Positions 1 to 9,654 of a stretch of 64,000 bases of DNA are shown here, piece after piece; within the stretch, counting starts at the first letter, position 1; every line of letters begins with the position of its first letter. The DNA lies in contig JBKOVB010000056.1 in the NCBI GenBank assembly GCA_046723735.1, positions 14,776 through 78,775 of the forward strand. The letters run 5' to 3'. A program made the position numbers and the translations under genes. Under the pieces are notes generated by a model. The model had not been told where the DNA came from. It did not search any database and was given only the letters and a program-made list of their open reading frames with translations. Source of the stretch: Actinomycetota bacterium. Lineage in GTDB: Bacteria > Actinomycetota > Actinomycetes > Mycobacteriales > SCTD01.

Positions 1-56
1 TCTAGGCTGCTTTTAGTGTCGGGGCTGGTCCGCCCCCCAGTCAACCGGAGGCCGCG

Positions 57-659
57 ATGCGTCACTTCACCTTCCGACCCCCGCTGACCCTTGCGGGTCG
101 GCAGTTCAAGGGGCTTCGCGGCTGGGCGGGCAAGCCGTTCCACCCGCCGCTCACGGACGTGCCTGTCACGGCGTACCTGTTCGTCGCGGTCTTCGACGTG
201 CTGTCGGCGCTGGTGCACGGCTCCCACTTCGAAGTGGGACGGGAGCTCTACCTGGCCGCCACCTGGGTGCTCCTGGGAGGCGCTGCGGTGTCGGTGATGA
301 CCGCGCTCACCGGCTGGGCCGACTGGCATCGCTCGAGCGAGCCCGGAACCCAGGCACGTCGCACCATCAACGCGCACGCGATCACGATGATCACGGTGAC
401 GGTCCTCGTCCTCGTGAACCTCACGCTGCGCGGAACGACCTGGTCCGACCGGGCCTCTGTCCCGGGCCTGGTGCTGGTCCTGTCCGTCGTGGCAGCCCTG
501 CTCGTGTCGCTGGGTGCCACCCTCGGGGGATCCCTGGTCTACGACTACGGCTTCAACGTCGAGACCGCAGGCGACCATCCCGTCTGGCACCCGAGCGAGA
601 GCGACGTGCGCCCCGGCCGCAAGACGCCGGACGAGCCCGCCACGCCGGTCCAGGCATGA
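57..659 (+). CDS. polytopic membrane protein (DUF2231-like)
   Basis: 200-aa ORF with GGAGG 5 nt upstream of the ATG. Several hydrophobic helices (VTAYLFVAVFDVLSALV, ATWVLLGGAAVSVMTALTGW, ITMITVTVLVLVNL, LVLVLSVVAALLVSLGATLGG). Family name recalled from memory, not searched. Confidence 0.7.
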   Translation: MRHFTFRPPLTLAGRQFKGLRGWAGKPFHPPLTDVPVTAYLFVAVFDVLSALVHGSHFEVGRELYLAATWVLLGGAAVSVMTALTGWADWHRSSEPGTQARRTINAHAITMITVTVLVLVNLTLRGTTWSDRASVPGLVLVLSVVAALLVSLGATLGGSLVYDYGFNVETAGDHPVWHPSESDVRPGRKTPDEPATPVQA

Positions 660-1270
660 CGACCTCGGAGCTCCCCGCCTCGGCGCCCGCACGCCCGCAC
701 CTGCGGGTCATCCCGGACGACGGCATCGACCTCGAGCTGGCGGAGGAAGCGGCCGGCACGCTCCTCACCGCTCTCGGTCTCGACCTCGACGACCCGGTGC
801 TCACCGGGACGCCGGGCCGGATGGTGCGCGGGCTCGCGGAGATGCTGCGCCCGAGGGAGTTCACCCTCACGACCTTTCCCAACGAGGGGTACGACGAGCT
901 GGTCCTCGCCCGGGGCATCCCGTTCGTGTCGCTGTGCGAGCACCACCTGCTGCCGTTCAGCGGGACGGCCACCGTCGCCTACCTGCCGGCGGACCGCATC
1001 CTCGGCCTGTCGAAGCTGGCTCGCGTGGTGGAGCTGTTCGCCCGTCGCCCGCAGGTGCAGGAGCGCATGACGACCCAGATCGCCGACTGGCTCACCGAGC
1101 ACCTCGAGCCGTGGGGCGTTGGCGTCGTCCTCGAGGCCGAGCACTCCTGCATGACGATGCGCGGTGTGTCCGCCCGGGGCTCCCGGACCGTGACGTCCGC
1201 CCTGCAGGGCCTGGTGCGGCACGACTCCCGCACGCGCGCCGAGTTCCTGGCGCTTGCCGGTCAGGGCTAA
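656..1270 (+). CDS. folE: GTP cyclohydrolase I (type IA)
   Basis: 204-aa ORF with the FolE hallmarks SLCEHHLLPF and EAEHSCMTMRG. ATGA overlap with the upstream membrane-protein ORF. Confidence 0.9.
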   Translation: MTTSELPASAPARPHLRVIPDDGIDLELAEEAAGTLLTALGLDLDDPVLTGTPGRMVRGLAEMLRPREFTLTTFPNEGYDELVLARGIPFVSLCEHHLLPFSGTATVAYLPADRILGLSKLARVVELFARRPQVQERMTTQIADWLTEHLEPWGVGVVLEAEHSCMTMRGVSARGSRTVTSALQGLVRHDSRTRAEFLALAGQG

Positions 1271-1509
1271 GCCGGCTCGAAGTCCCAGCCGTGGGCCCGT
1301 ACGACGGAAGCCGGTGTGCTCGTCGGCTCCTCCCAGCTCGTGGGCACGGGCCAGCGGGTGATCAGCACGACGCGGTCGTCGTCGGAGCGGAACACCTCGG
1401 CGCCGCTCGCCCCCGCCACGAGCGCCTCGGCCGCCACGGCGTGCGCCCAGGCCACGACCTCGTCGACCTTGCCCTCCTGCGCCCGGGCCTCCCACATCCG
1501 CACCCTCAC
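1267..1509 (-). CDS. small hypothetical protein (possibly ABM/ferredoxin-like fold)
   Basis: Track ORF 1267..1629 trimmed to the GTG at 1509, which forms a GTGA overlap with the tsaD stop. Product [25 protein letters not shown]...VLITRW has a natural composition, unlike the Arg-rich 5' extension. Confidence 0.5.
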   Translation of the reverse strand: MRVRMWEARAQEGKVDEVVAWAHAVAAEALVAGASGAEVFRSDDDRVVLITRWPVPTSWEEPTSTPASVVRAHGWDFEPA

Positions 1510-2516
1510 CGGACCACCACCTCGACCGGCAGCGCGCTGTCGGCCGGCAGGTCCAACGGCGACGGCGGCGTGCCGACGGCGACGAGGCGCTCCCCCAGTG
1601 CGGCCACCATCGCGCCGTTGTCGGTGCACAGGCCCGGGCGCGGCACGCGCAGCACGATCCCCGCGGCGTCACAGCGCTCCTGCGCCAGCGCCCGCAGCCG
1701 GCTGTTCGCCGCCACCCCACCACCGATGAGCAGATGCCCGACGCCCGTGTCCCGGCAGGCGCGCACCGCCTTGGCGGTGAGCACGTCGACTACCGCCTCC
1801 TGGAAGCTCGCGCACACGTCGGCGACCGGCACCGGCCCGTCGTGCTTCTCGACCCAGCGGGCCACCGCGGTCTTGAGGCCGCTGAAGGAGACGTCGTAGG
1901 AGTCGTCGTTGATCATCCCGCGCGGGAACGGGATCGTGGCCCCGCCGTCCCGCGCCGCCTTGTCGACCACCGGCCCGCCCGGGAACCCCAGCCCCAGCAG
2001 CCGGGCGACCTTGTCGAACGCCTCCCCCGCGGCGTCGTCGACGGTCTGGCCGAGCGGCACCAGCGTCTTGGTGACGTCCTCCACGAGCAGCAGCGACGAG
2101 TGCCCCCCGGAGACCAGGAGCGCGACGGTCGGCTCGGGGAGCGGCCCGTGCTCCAGCACGTCGACGGCCACGTGGGCGGCGAGGTGGTTCACGCCGTAGA
2201 GGGGCTTGTCGAGGGCGAGGGCGTAGGCCTTCGCCGCGGCCACCCCGACGAGCAAAGCGCCGGCCAGCCCGGGGCCGCTCGTCACCGCGACGGCGTCCAG
2301 CTCGGCCAGGGTCACGCCGGCCGTGGCGAGCGCCCGCTGCACGGTCGGGACCATCGCCTCGAGATGCGCCCGCGAGGCCACCTCGGGCACCACCCCGCCG
2401 TACCGGACGTGCTCGTCGACACTGCTGGCCACCGCGTCGGCGAGCAGCACGCCGTCGCGGACGATCCCGATCCCGGTCTCGTCGCAGCTCGTCTCGATCC
2501 CCAGCACCAGCGGCAC
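1506..2516 (-). CDS. tsaD: tRNA N6-adenosine threonylcarbamoyltransferase
   Basis: Conserved N-terminus [14 protein letters not shown] and Kae1/TsaD-like sequence throughout. Start moved to the GTG at 2516; the upstream extension of the track ORF is Arg/His-rich junk. Confidence 0.9.
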   Translation of the reverse strand: MPLVLGIETSCDETGIGIVRDGVLLADAVASSVDEHVRYGGVVPEVASRAHLEAMVPTVQRALATAGVTLAELDAVAVTSGPGLAGALLVGVAAAKAYALALDKPLYGVNHLAAHVAVDVLEHGPLPEPTVALLVSGGHSSLLLVEDVTKTLVPLGQTVDDAAGEAFDKVARLLGLGFPGGPVVDKAARDGGATIPFPRGMINDDSYDVSFSGLKTAVARWVEKHDGPVPVADVCASFQEAVVDVLTAKAVRACRDTGVGHLLIGGGVAANSRLRALAQERCDAAGIVLRVPRPGLCTDNGAMVAALGERLVAVGTPPSPLDLPADSALPVEVVVR

Positions 2517-2528
2517 GCCGACCAGCCT

Positions 2529-2540
2529 AGAAGGCCTTCT
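2529..2540. repeat. perfect 12-bp palindrome AGAAGGCCTTCT in the rimI-tsaD spacer (function unknown)
   Basis: Read directly from the sequence. Confidence 0.7.
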
Positions 2541-2572
2541 CCCGACCGCATGTCTCCCGAGATGTAGGTCCG

Positions 2573-2586
2573 GGCATGGCCATGCC
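2573..2586. repeat. perfect 14-bp palindrome GGCATGGCCATGCC in the rimI-tsaD spacer (function unknown)
   Basis: Read directly from the sequence. Confidence 0.7.
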
Positions 2587-2652
2587 GCCGATCCTGAGCG
2601 TGAGTGGTCCTCGCGCAAGCGGCGAGACGGCGATCTCGCAAGACAAGCAGGG

Positions 2653-3084
2653 TCAGGTGCGGGTCATCACGACGGCGTCGACGCCGCCCGGGTAGTAGCC
2701 GCGGCGCAGCCCGGTACGACGGAAGCCGTGCCGCTCGTACAACCGCTGGGCCGACGCGTTGTCGGCCCGGACCTCGAGGAGGACGGGCCTGCCGCGCGGC
2801 GCGTGCGCGAGCAGGTCCTGCAGGAGCAACGCCCCGATGCCCTTGCCCTGCTGCCCCGGTGCGACGCCGACGGTCTGCACGAAGCACTCGTCCGGGTAGA
2901 CGCACAGGCCGGCGTACCCGACCACCTCGTCGTCCTCGACCGCCACCACGTAGTGACGCGTGTCGGTCTGCCCGAGCTCGGACCAGAAGTGGTGCGCGGT
3001 CCAGGGCTCCGGCTGGAACAGCTTCTCCTCGATCGGCAGCACCTGCTCGACGTGCCACCAGCGGAAGCGCTCGATCCTCACCAC
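2653..3084 (-). CDS. rimI: ribosomal-protein-alanine N-acetyltransferase
   Basis: 143-aa GNAT ORF ([10 protein letters not shown] acetyl-CoA motif) in the conserved tsaB-rimI-tsaD context. Start is GTG at 3084 or 3081, overlapping the upstream stop (GTGGTGA). Confidence 0.85.
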   Translation of the reverse strand: MVRIERFRWWHVEQVLPIEEKLFQPEPWTAHHFWSELGQTDTRHYVVAVEDDEVVGYAGLCVYPDECFVQTVGVAPGQQGKGIGALLLQDLLAHAPRGRPVLLEVRADNASAQRLYERHGFRRTGLRRGYYPGGVDAVVMTRT

Positions 3085-3629
3085 GAGGCGGGCTCGGTCA
3101 CGGTGCGGCCGTGGCGCACGTCCACGCGGTGCAGGACGTCACCGGCCCGCAGGTGCACCTCCTGGTCCAGCACCCCGAGCCAGACTGACCCGGGCACCGC
3201 GTCGCTCTCCCACGCCAGCCCGTCCGCGTCGTAGGCCGCCAGGACGTCGTCGTCGAGCAGCAGCGCCAGCTCGCCCACCGGTTCGAAGTGCCGCACGGTC
3301 CAGCGGTCGATGCGCCACCAGCGGTCGGGGTCGCGGCTGTCGACGAGGTACGGCGGGCCGCCGGCCGCCACGAAGACCGTGTCCGGGTGCGGCCACGAGG
3401 CCACGAGGTTCAGCCGGCCGGGCAGGTTGTCCGAGGCGAACACGCCGGTCCAGACCGGGCCGCCGAGCGGGGTGATGCGCAGCCACACGCCGTCAGAGCC
3501 ACCCTCGCGACTGGCCCCGGGGTAGTAGACGACGTGGCGGGGCTGCCCGGGCAGGGTGGTGACCCGAAGCTTGTGCTCCTGGACGGCCTCCCAGCTATGC
3601 GGAAAGGCGTCCAGCCACTCCGCGCTCAT
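3078..3629 (-). CDS. hypothetical protein, Trp-rich, no family recognised
   Basis: 183-aa ORF with ordinary amino-acid composition, whereas the overlapping alternative frames are Arg/Pro/Ala junk. ATGA overlap with the tsaB stop and GTGA-type overlap with the rimI start. Confidence 0.7.
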   Translation of the reverse strand: MSAEWLDAFPHSWEAVQEHKLRVTTLPGQPRHVVYYPGASREGGSDGVWLRITPLGGPVWTGVFASDNLPGRLNLVASWPHPDTVFVAAGGPPYLVDSRDPDRWWRIDRWTVRHFEPVGELALLLDDDVLAAYDADGLAWESDAVPGSVWLGVLDQEVHLRAGDVLHRVDVRHGRTVTEPASW

Positions 3630-4213
3630 CGCGCGCTGAGCTCCACCGCGTCGGGGCGCCGCAGGTAGAGCGGGGTGAGCGGGAGCTGCTCGTGCCGCGA
3701 CGCCCGGGCAAGTGCCCCGACCTGCGGGTACCGCGGCTCGGCATCGGTCGCGAACCCGTAGAGCTGCGCCCCGTCGCCGACCACTCGCCGACCGGCCAGC
3801 GCCGCGCGGGCCTCGTCAGGCTTGGTGACGTGCGGTCCGTCGACGCGGCGGGCGTCGTCGTCGTACACCGCCCAGTAGACCTCCTTGCGACGGGCGTCGG
3901 TGACGACTCCGGTCCCGGGAGCCGCGAGGCCGTCGAGCGAGCACACGCCGACGACCGGCAGGCCGCGCGCCTCCGCAAAGGCCGCGGCCGTCACGATGCC
4001 GACCCGGAGCCCGGTGAACGGGCCGGGGCCGACGCCGACGACGACGGTGTCAGGGGTGCCCTTGGTGAGGACGGCCTGCACGTTCAGCGCGAGCAGCTCG
4101 CCGTGCCTGCGGGCGTCGATCTCGACGGCTTCGGCGACGACCGTCAGGTCGTCGAGGTCCACCAACCCGGCGGTGACGGCGGGCGTGGAGGTGTCGAGGA
4201 CGAGGGCGAGCAC
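3626..4213 (-). CDS. tsaB: tRNA threonylcarbamoyladenosine biosynthesis protein TsaB
   Basis: 195-aa ORF with N-terminus MLALVLDTSTPAVTAGLV typical of TsaB/YeaZ. Lies in the t6A gene context. Confidence 0.85.
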   Translation of the reverse strand: MLALVLDTSTPAVTAGLVDLDDLTVVAEAVEIDARRHGELLALNVQAVLTKGTPDTVVVGVGPGPFTGLRVGIVTAAAFAEARGLPVVGVCSLDGLAAPGTGVVTDARRKEVYWAVYDDDARRVDGPHVTKPDEARAALAGRRVVGDGAQLYGFATDAEPRYPQVGALARASRHEQLPLTPLYLRRPDAVELSAR

Positions 4214-4220
4214 GCCTCCG

Positions 4221-4226
4221 AGGCTA
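4221..4226 (-). promoter_or_regulatory. candidate -10 box TAGCCT, 7 nt upstream of the tsaB GTG (possible leaderless start)
   Basis: Minus-strand sequence is CGACTCCCGTC-N12-CTAGCCT-cggaggc-GTG. It matches TANNNT. The same architecture occurs upstream of pepN. Confidence 0.3.
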
Positions 4227-4239
4227 GTCGCGCGGGCCC

Positions 4240-4290
4240 GACGGGAGTCGCGTCACGCCCCGTCCCGCGGCGCGCGAACGGGGCGGCGCA
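4240..4290. repeat. copy A (right arm missing) of the 62-nt nested palindromic element; its inner hairpin is a likely terminator of the acyl-CoA synthetase gene
   Basis: GACGGGAGTCG-cgtc-aCGCCCCGT-(14 nt)-ACGGGGCGg. Arm positions and spacing are identical to the copy at 16870..16931. Confidence 0.6.
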
Positions 4291-4294
4291 CACG

Positions 4295-5833
4295 TCAGAC
4301 CGGGGGCTTGGCGTCCGCCAGCTCGCGCAGGACGTTCTTGGCGACCTTCTCGAGGGTGGCGCGGGGGAACTCCTCGACGACGTACACCGCCCGGGGCACC
4401 TTGAAGTCCGCAAGGTTCGCCGCGCACGCCTCGATGATCTGCTTCTCGAAGACGCTGTCGTCGGGCTCCGCGCCCGGGCCCTTGATGACGAACGCGACCG
4501 GCACCATCGACAGCCACTCGTGCTGCTTGCCCACGACGGCGATCTCCGCGATGCCCGGCACCGTGCGGCACATGTCCTCGACCTCGCGGGCGCTGACGTT
4601 CTCACCGCCGACCTTGATGAGGTCCTTGTCGCGGTCGGTGTAGACGACGTTGCCGCCCTCGACGACCTTGACCATGTCGCCTGTCTTGAACCAGCCGTCC
4701 TCGGTGAACGAGGCGGCGTTCGCCTCGGGGTTGTCGAAGTACTCAAGGAAGAGCTGCACGCCGCGGGTGCCCCGCACCCACAGCTCGCCGGTCTCGCCCT
4801 GGGCGACCGGCTCGCCGGTCTCCTTCGACACGACCAGGCACTCGTAGCCCGGCGTGGGGTGCCCCATCGACATCCGCGGCCAGCCCTCCTGGGGCCGACC
4901 GGTGATCGCGTGCGTCACCGTCTCGGTCATCCCGTAGGCGGCGTAGACCCGCAACCCGAGCCAGGCGTCCACCTCGGGCATGATCATTCCGAAGACGCCG
5001 GCGCGGATCGAGTGCTCCTTCGGCGCCTCAGGCAGCTGGAACGCGCTGAACACGAACGGCATCAGCGAGATGTGCGTGACCTGGTGCTTCTGCACGACCG
5101 GCCAGAACCCGGACGTCGACCACTTCGGGGTCAGCACGACGGTGGCGCCGACGCCGAGCACCGCCCAGATCGACCAGCTCTGCGCGTTGACGTGGAAGAA
5201 CGGCAGGTAGACGAGGTAGATGTCGTCGCCGTTCAGGTCGACGTTCCGCGGGCCGATCCGGCCCGCCCAGACGGCGTTCGCGTGCGTGTGCACGACAGCC
5301 TTCGGCTTCGACGTGGTGCCGCTGGTGAAGAGGATCCCGGCGGGCAGCATCGGCTCGGGCTCGCGGGTCGGAGCGGCGTCGGCGTCGCCGTACAGCATCT
5401 CGAGCTCGTCGGTCGTCACGATCCAGCGCAGCTGCGGTCCCGCCTCGCGCACCAGGTCCGCGTACGACGGCTGCACGACCGCCGCAACGCACTGCGCCTT
5501 CTCGACGAAGTAGCCGACCTCGGCCGCGACCGAGCGCGTGTTGGTCGTGACGCCGACCGCGCCGATCCAGGCGCAGGCGTACCACCCGAGCACCGCCTCC
5601 GGGCAGTTGTCCGCGTGGATCAGGACCTTGTCGCCCTTGGCGATGCCACGCGCGACGAACCCGGCCGCGAGCCGCTTCACGTCGGTGAGGAACGCGGCGT
5701 AGGTCCAGCTGCGGCCCTCGCCCTCGCGCGGCTCCCACACGAGGAACGGGTGGTCGGGCTTGACGGTCGCCCAGTGGGTGAGCAGCCAGGGGATGTCCTG
5801 GCCCTGCATCTGGAGCGCGGCGACGTCGGCCAT
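4295..5833 (-). CDS. AMP-dependent acyl-CoA synthetase/ligase
   Basis: AMP-binding motif ILFTSGTTSKPKAVVHTH, plus GYGMTET-like and GDxV motifs. Start set to the ATG at 5833, preceded by AAAGGA 8 nt upstream. Confidence 0.85.
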   Translation of the reverse strand: MADVAALQMQGQDIPWLLTHWATVKPDHPFLVWEPREGEGRSWTYAAFLTDVKRLAAGFVARGIAKGDKVLIHADNCPEAVLGWYACAWIGAVGVTTNTRSVAAEVGYFVEKAQCVAAVVQPSYADLVREAGPQLRWIVTTDELEMLYGDADAAPTREPEPMLPAGILFTSGTTSKPKAVVHTHANAVWAGRIGPRNVDLNGDDIYLVYLPFFHVNAQSWSIWAVLGVGATVVLTPKWSTSGFWPVVQKHQVTHISLMPFVFSAFQLPEAPKEHSIRAGVFGMIMPEVDAWLGLRVYAAYGMTETVTHAITGRPQEGWPRMSMGHPTPGYECLVVSKETGEPVAQGETGELWVRGTRGVQLFLEYFDNPEANAASFTEDGWFKTGDMVKVVEGGNVVYTDRDKDLIKVGGENVSAREVEDMCRTVPGIAEIAVVGKQHEWLSMVPVAFVIKGPGAEPDDSVFEKQIIEACAANLADFKVPRAVYVVEEFPRATLEKVAKNVLRELADAKPPV

Positions 5834-5857
5834 GGGCGGGTCCTTTCGGAGCAGAAC

Positions 5858-5871
5858 TGAAACGTGTTCTA
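5858..5871. promoter_or_regulatory. KstR-type (TetR family) operator-like palindrome TAGAACACGTTTCA
   Basis: Matches the published KstR consensus TnnAACnnGTTnnA at all 8 fixed positions. It ends 24 nt upstream of the acyl-CoA synthetase ATG. Confidence 0.4.
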
Positions 5872-5920
5872 CACCATCAGTAACTCCGGCGACCACCCCG
5901 CGACCACTTCACCCCGCTGT

Positions 5921-5989
5921 TCATGATCAACAGGACTTCCTGCCCCGACACGCCCGGCGCGTCGTGACCAGAAGTCCTGTTGATCATGA
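5921..5989. repeat. 19-bp perfect inverted repeat (TCATGATCAACAGGACTTC / GAAGTCCTGTTGATCATGA) with a 31-nt loop
   Basis: Read directly. It lies between the fadD-like stop (6010) and the next gene's start (5833), and is AT-richer than its surroundings. Could act as a terminator. Confidence 0.6.
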
Positions 5990-6009
5990 GATGGAGCGGT
6001 CGGCCGACC

Positions 6010-7539
<1,530 letters not shown>

Positions 7540-7607
7540 AGATGCTCCTCGATGCTCGGTGTGACGGCGCCGAGTCTTCCCTGCCGTGCCGTCGCTGGCC
7601 AAGGGTC

Positions 7608-8045
7608 CTACACCCTCCACCGTGGGCCGACACCGGTCACCGTCACGACGCGTACGTCGTCGTCCCGCCGGTCGACCCGCACGTCGAGGTGGCTCTCCGC
7701 GAGCTGCTCCACGACTCCGTCGCCCCACTCGACGACGACGACGGCCCGGTCGAGCTCTTCGTCGATCTCGAGGTCGTCGAGATCCAGGCGGCCGCTGTCG
7801 CGCAGCCGGTAGGCGTCCACGTGCACCAGCGGCAGCGGTCCCGGGTGCACCCGCGCGATGACGAACGTCGGGCTGGTCACCCGCCCCCGCACGCCCAAGC
7901 CCTCGCCGATCCCCTGCGTGAGAGCGGTCTTGCCCGCGCCGAGCGGGCCGCTGAGGACGACCAGGTCGCCGGCCCGCAGCGTCGTGGCCAGCTCACGCCC
8001 GAACGCCCGGGTGTCCTCCACGCTGGGCAGCACCCGCGTCGTCAC
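7608..8045 (-). CDS. tsaE: tRNA t6A ATPase TsaE
   Basis: Walker A motif LSGPLGAGKT and the TSPTF motif. Start at the GTG at 8045, forming a GTGA overlap with the upstream stop. Confidence 0.85.
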   Translation of the reverse strand: MTTRVLPSVEDTRAFGRELATTLRAGDLVVLSGPLGAGKTALTQGIGEGLGVRGRVTSPTFVIARVHPGPLPLVHVDAYRLRDSGRLDLDDLEIDEELDRAVVVVEWGDGVVEQLAESHLDVRVDRRDDDVRVVTVTGVGPRWRV

Positions 8046-8590
8046 GACGCGAGCTCCACCGCCGCGCGCAGGTCCTCGCGCAGCAGCCGCATCGGCTCGC
8101 CCTGCGGACCGCCGCGCAGCGCCGCCGCCGGGTGGTACGTCGGAAGCACCCGCCTCCCGTCCACCTCGTGCACCCGGCCTCGGACCTCGGCCAGCGTCAC
8201 GGACCCCAGGAACCACCGGGTGGCTGACAGACCCAGAGGTACGACGACAGCCGCCTCCACCTGCGCCAGCTGGGCCTTGAGCCACGGTCGGCACGAGGAC
8301 GTCTCGACACGGCTCGGGACCCGGTTGCCCGGCGGTCGGCACTTCACGGTGTTGAGCACCGCCACGTCAGGGCGCGGCATCCCGGCCTCGGCCAGCAGCC
8401 GGTCGAGCAGCTGGCCGGAGCGGCCGACGAAGGGCACACCGTGCGCGTCCTCCTGCGCGCCGGGCGCCTCACCGACGACGAGCAGCCGCGCGGCGGGAGG
8501 GGTCTGGCCCACGACGACCTGGGTGCGCGTGGACGCGAGCCCGGGGCAGCGTGTGCACCCCTGCATCGCGGCGGAGAGCGGCGTCGTCAT
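8042..8590 (-). CDS. uracil-DNA glycosylase, family 4 (Fe-S type)
   Basis: 182-aa product with the GEAPG motif, N-terminal CTRC, and later Cys residues (VKCRPP, SSCRPW). Its ATG forms an ATGA overlap with the hydrolase stop. Confidence 0.85.
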   Translation of the reverse strand: MTTPLSAAMQGCTRCPGLASTRTQVVVGQTPPAARLLVVGEAPGAQEDAHGVPFVGRSGQLLDRLLAEAGMPRPDVAVLNTVKCRPPGNRVPSRVETSSCRPWLKAQLAQVEAAVVVPLGLSATRWFLGSVTLAEVRGRVHEVDGRRVLPTYHPAAALRGGPQGEPMRLLREDLRAAVELAS

Positions 8591-9654
8591 GCGGAGCGAC
8601 GCCGGGGGCTCAGCGCCCGTCGTACCAGGGCCCGCAGCTGCAGCGTCACGAGCGCTTGCCGCTCGAGCATCACCATGTGCCCGGCGCCCTCGAGGACGAC
8701 CAGCTGGGCATGGGGCAGCGCCTCCGCGATGGCCCGGCTGTGGCTGACCGGTGTCATCACGTCCTTGCTGCCCACCAGCACGAGGGTCTCGACGTCCTCG
8801 AGCACCGGCAGGGCTGCCAGCTTGTCGTGGTCGACGAACGTGTCGTAGAACTCCGCGATCACCTCGACCGGCGTGCTGCGGTTCATCTGCTCGGTGAACT
8901 CGACGAGCGAGGGCGGTACGCCGGGCCCGAACGCACCACGCCGGGTGAGCAGGAAGGCCAGGTCCGACCCGACCCGGCGGCCGTGCTCGAACACGTCGGG
9001 CCGGGCGCGCATCCCGCGCGTGACGTGCGGCATCAGGCGGTGGCCGACCTTGGCAGCGAAGGCCGGCAGCCCCACCGCGACCTCGCCCAGCACACCGGGC
9101 GACGTCGCGACCAACGCCACCCCGACGACCCGGTCCCCGAACAGCTCCGGGTGGTGCTGGGCGAGCGCCATGATCGTCATGCCGCCCATGGAGTGCCCGA
9201 CGAGCACCACCTTGCCGGTGGGGGCGCACGTCTGCAGGACCGCGTAGAGGTCGTGCCCGAGCTGGTCGATGGTGGAGCCGTCGTGGCTGCTGCGGCCGCT
9301 CTTGCCGTGCGAGCGCTGGTCCCAGAAGACGAGCTTGCCCGGGTTGTCCTCGGCCAGCGCCTGCCGTTGGTAGTGCCAGGAGGCCGACGTCAGGCAGTAG
9401 CCGTGGCAGAACACCACCGTCAGCGGCGCGTGCTCGGGACCCACCTCCTCGACGTGCAGCAGCACGCCGTCGTCGGCCATCACCTCCTTGACCCGGTCCG
9501 CGGGCAGCTGGAAGAACGGCTCGTCCGCCTCCGGGTCCGGCTCGAGACGGGCCCGGCCGACGGCGTACCGCTCGGCCGCCAGACCGGCGGCGGCGCCCAG
9601 CACCACCGCACCGGCGACGGCGCCGACGAGCCCAGCCGTACGACGCTTGCTCAC
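8587..9654 (-). CDS. alpha/beta-fold hydrolase with N-terminal membrane anchor
   Basis: Nucleophile elbow GHSMGG and oxyanion-region HGY. TM segment LVGAVAGAVVLGAAAGLAA. Start at the GTG at 9654, a GTGA overlap with the alr stop. Confidence 0.8.
   Translation of the reverse strand: MSKRRTAGLVGAVAGAVVLGAAAGLAAERYAVGRARLEPDPEADEPFFQLPADRVKEVMADDGVLLHVEEVGPEHAPLTVVFCHGYCLTSASWHYQRQALAEDNPGKLVFWDQRSHGKSGRSSHDGSTIDQLGHDLYAVLQTCAPTGKVVLVGHSMGGMTIMALAQHHPELFGDRVVGVALVATSPGVLGEVAVGLPAFAAKVGHRLMPHVTRGMRARPDVFEHGRRVGSDLAFLLTRRGAFGPGVPPSLVEFTEQMNRSTPVEVIAEFYDTFVDHDKLAALPVLEDVETLVLVGSKDVMTPVSHSRAIAEALPHAQLVVLEGAGHMVMLERQALVTLQLRALVRRALSPRRRSA

Noticed and set aside
5921-5989. Interpreting the 19-bp inverted repeat as a bona fide MITE.
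   Set aside because: I saw no target-site duplication at the flanks (..gctgt | ..gatgg) and no second copy in this window. It is kept only as an open possibility in the findings.
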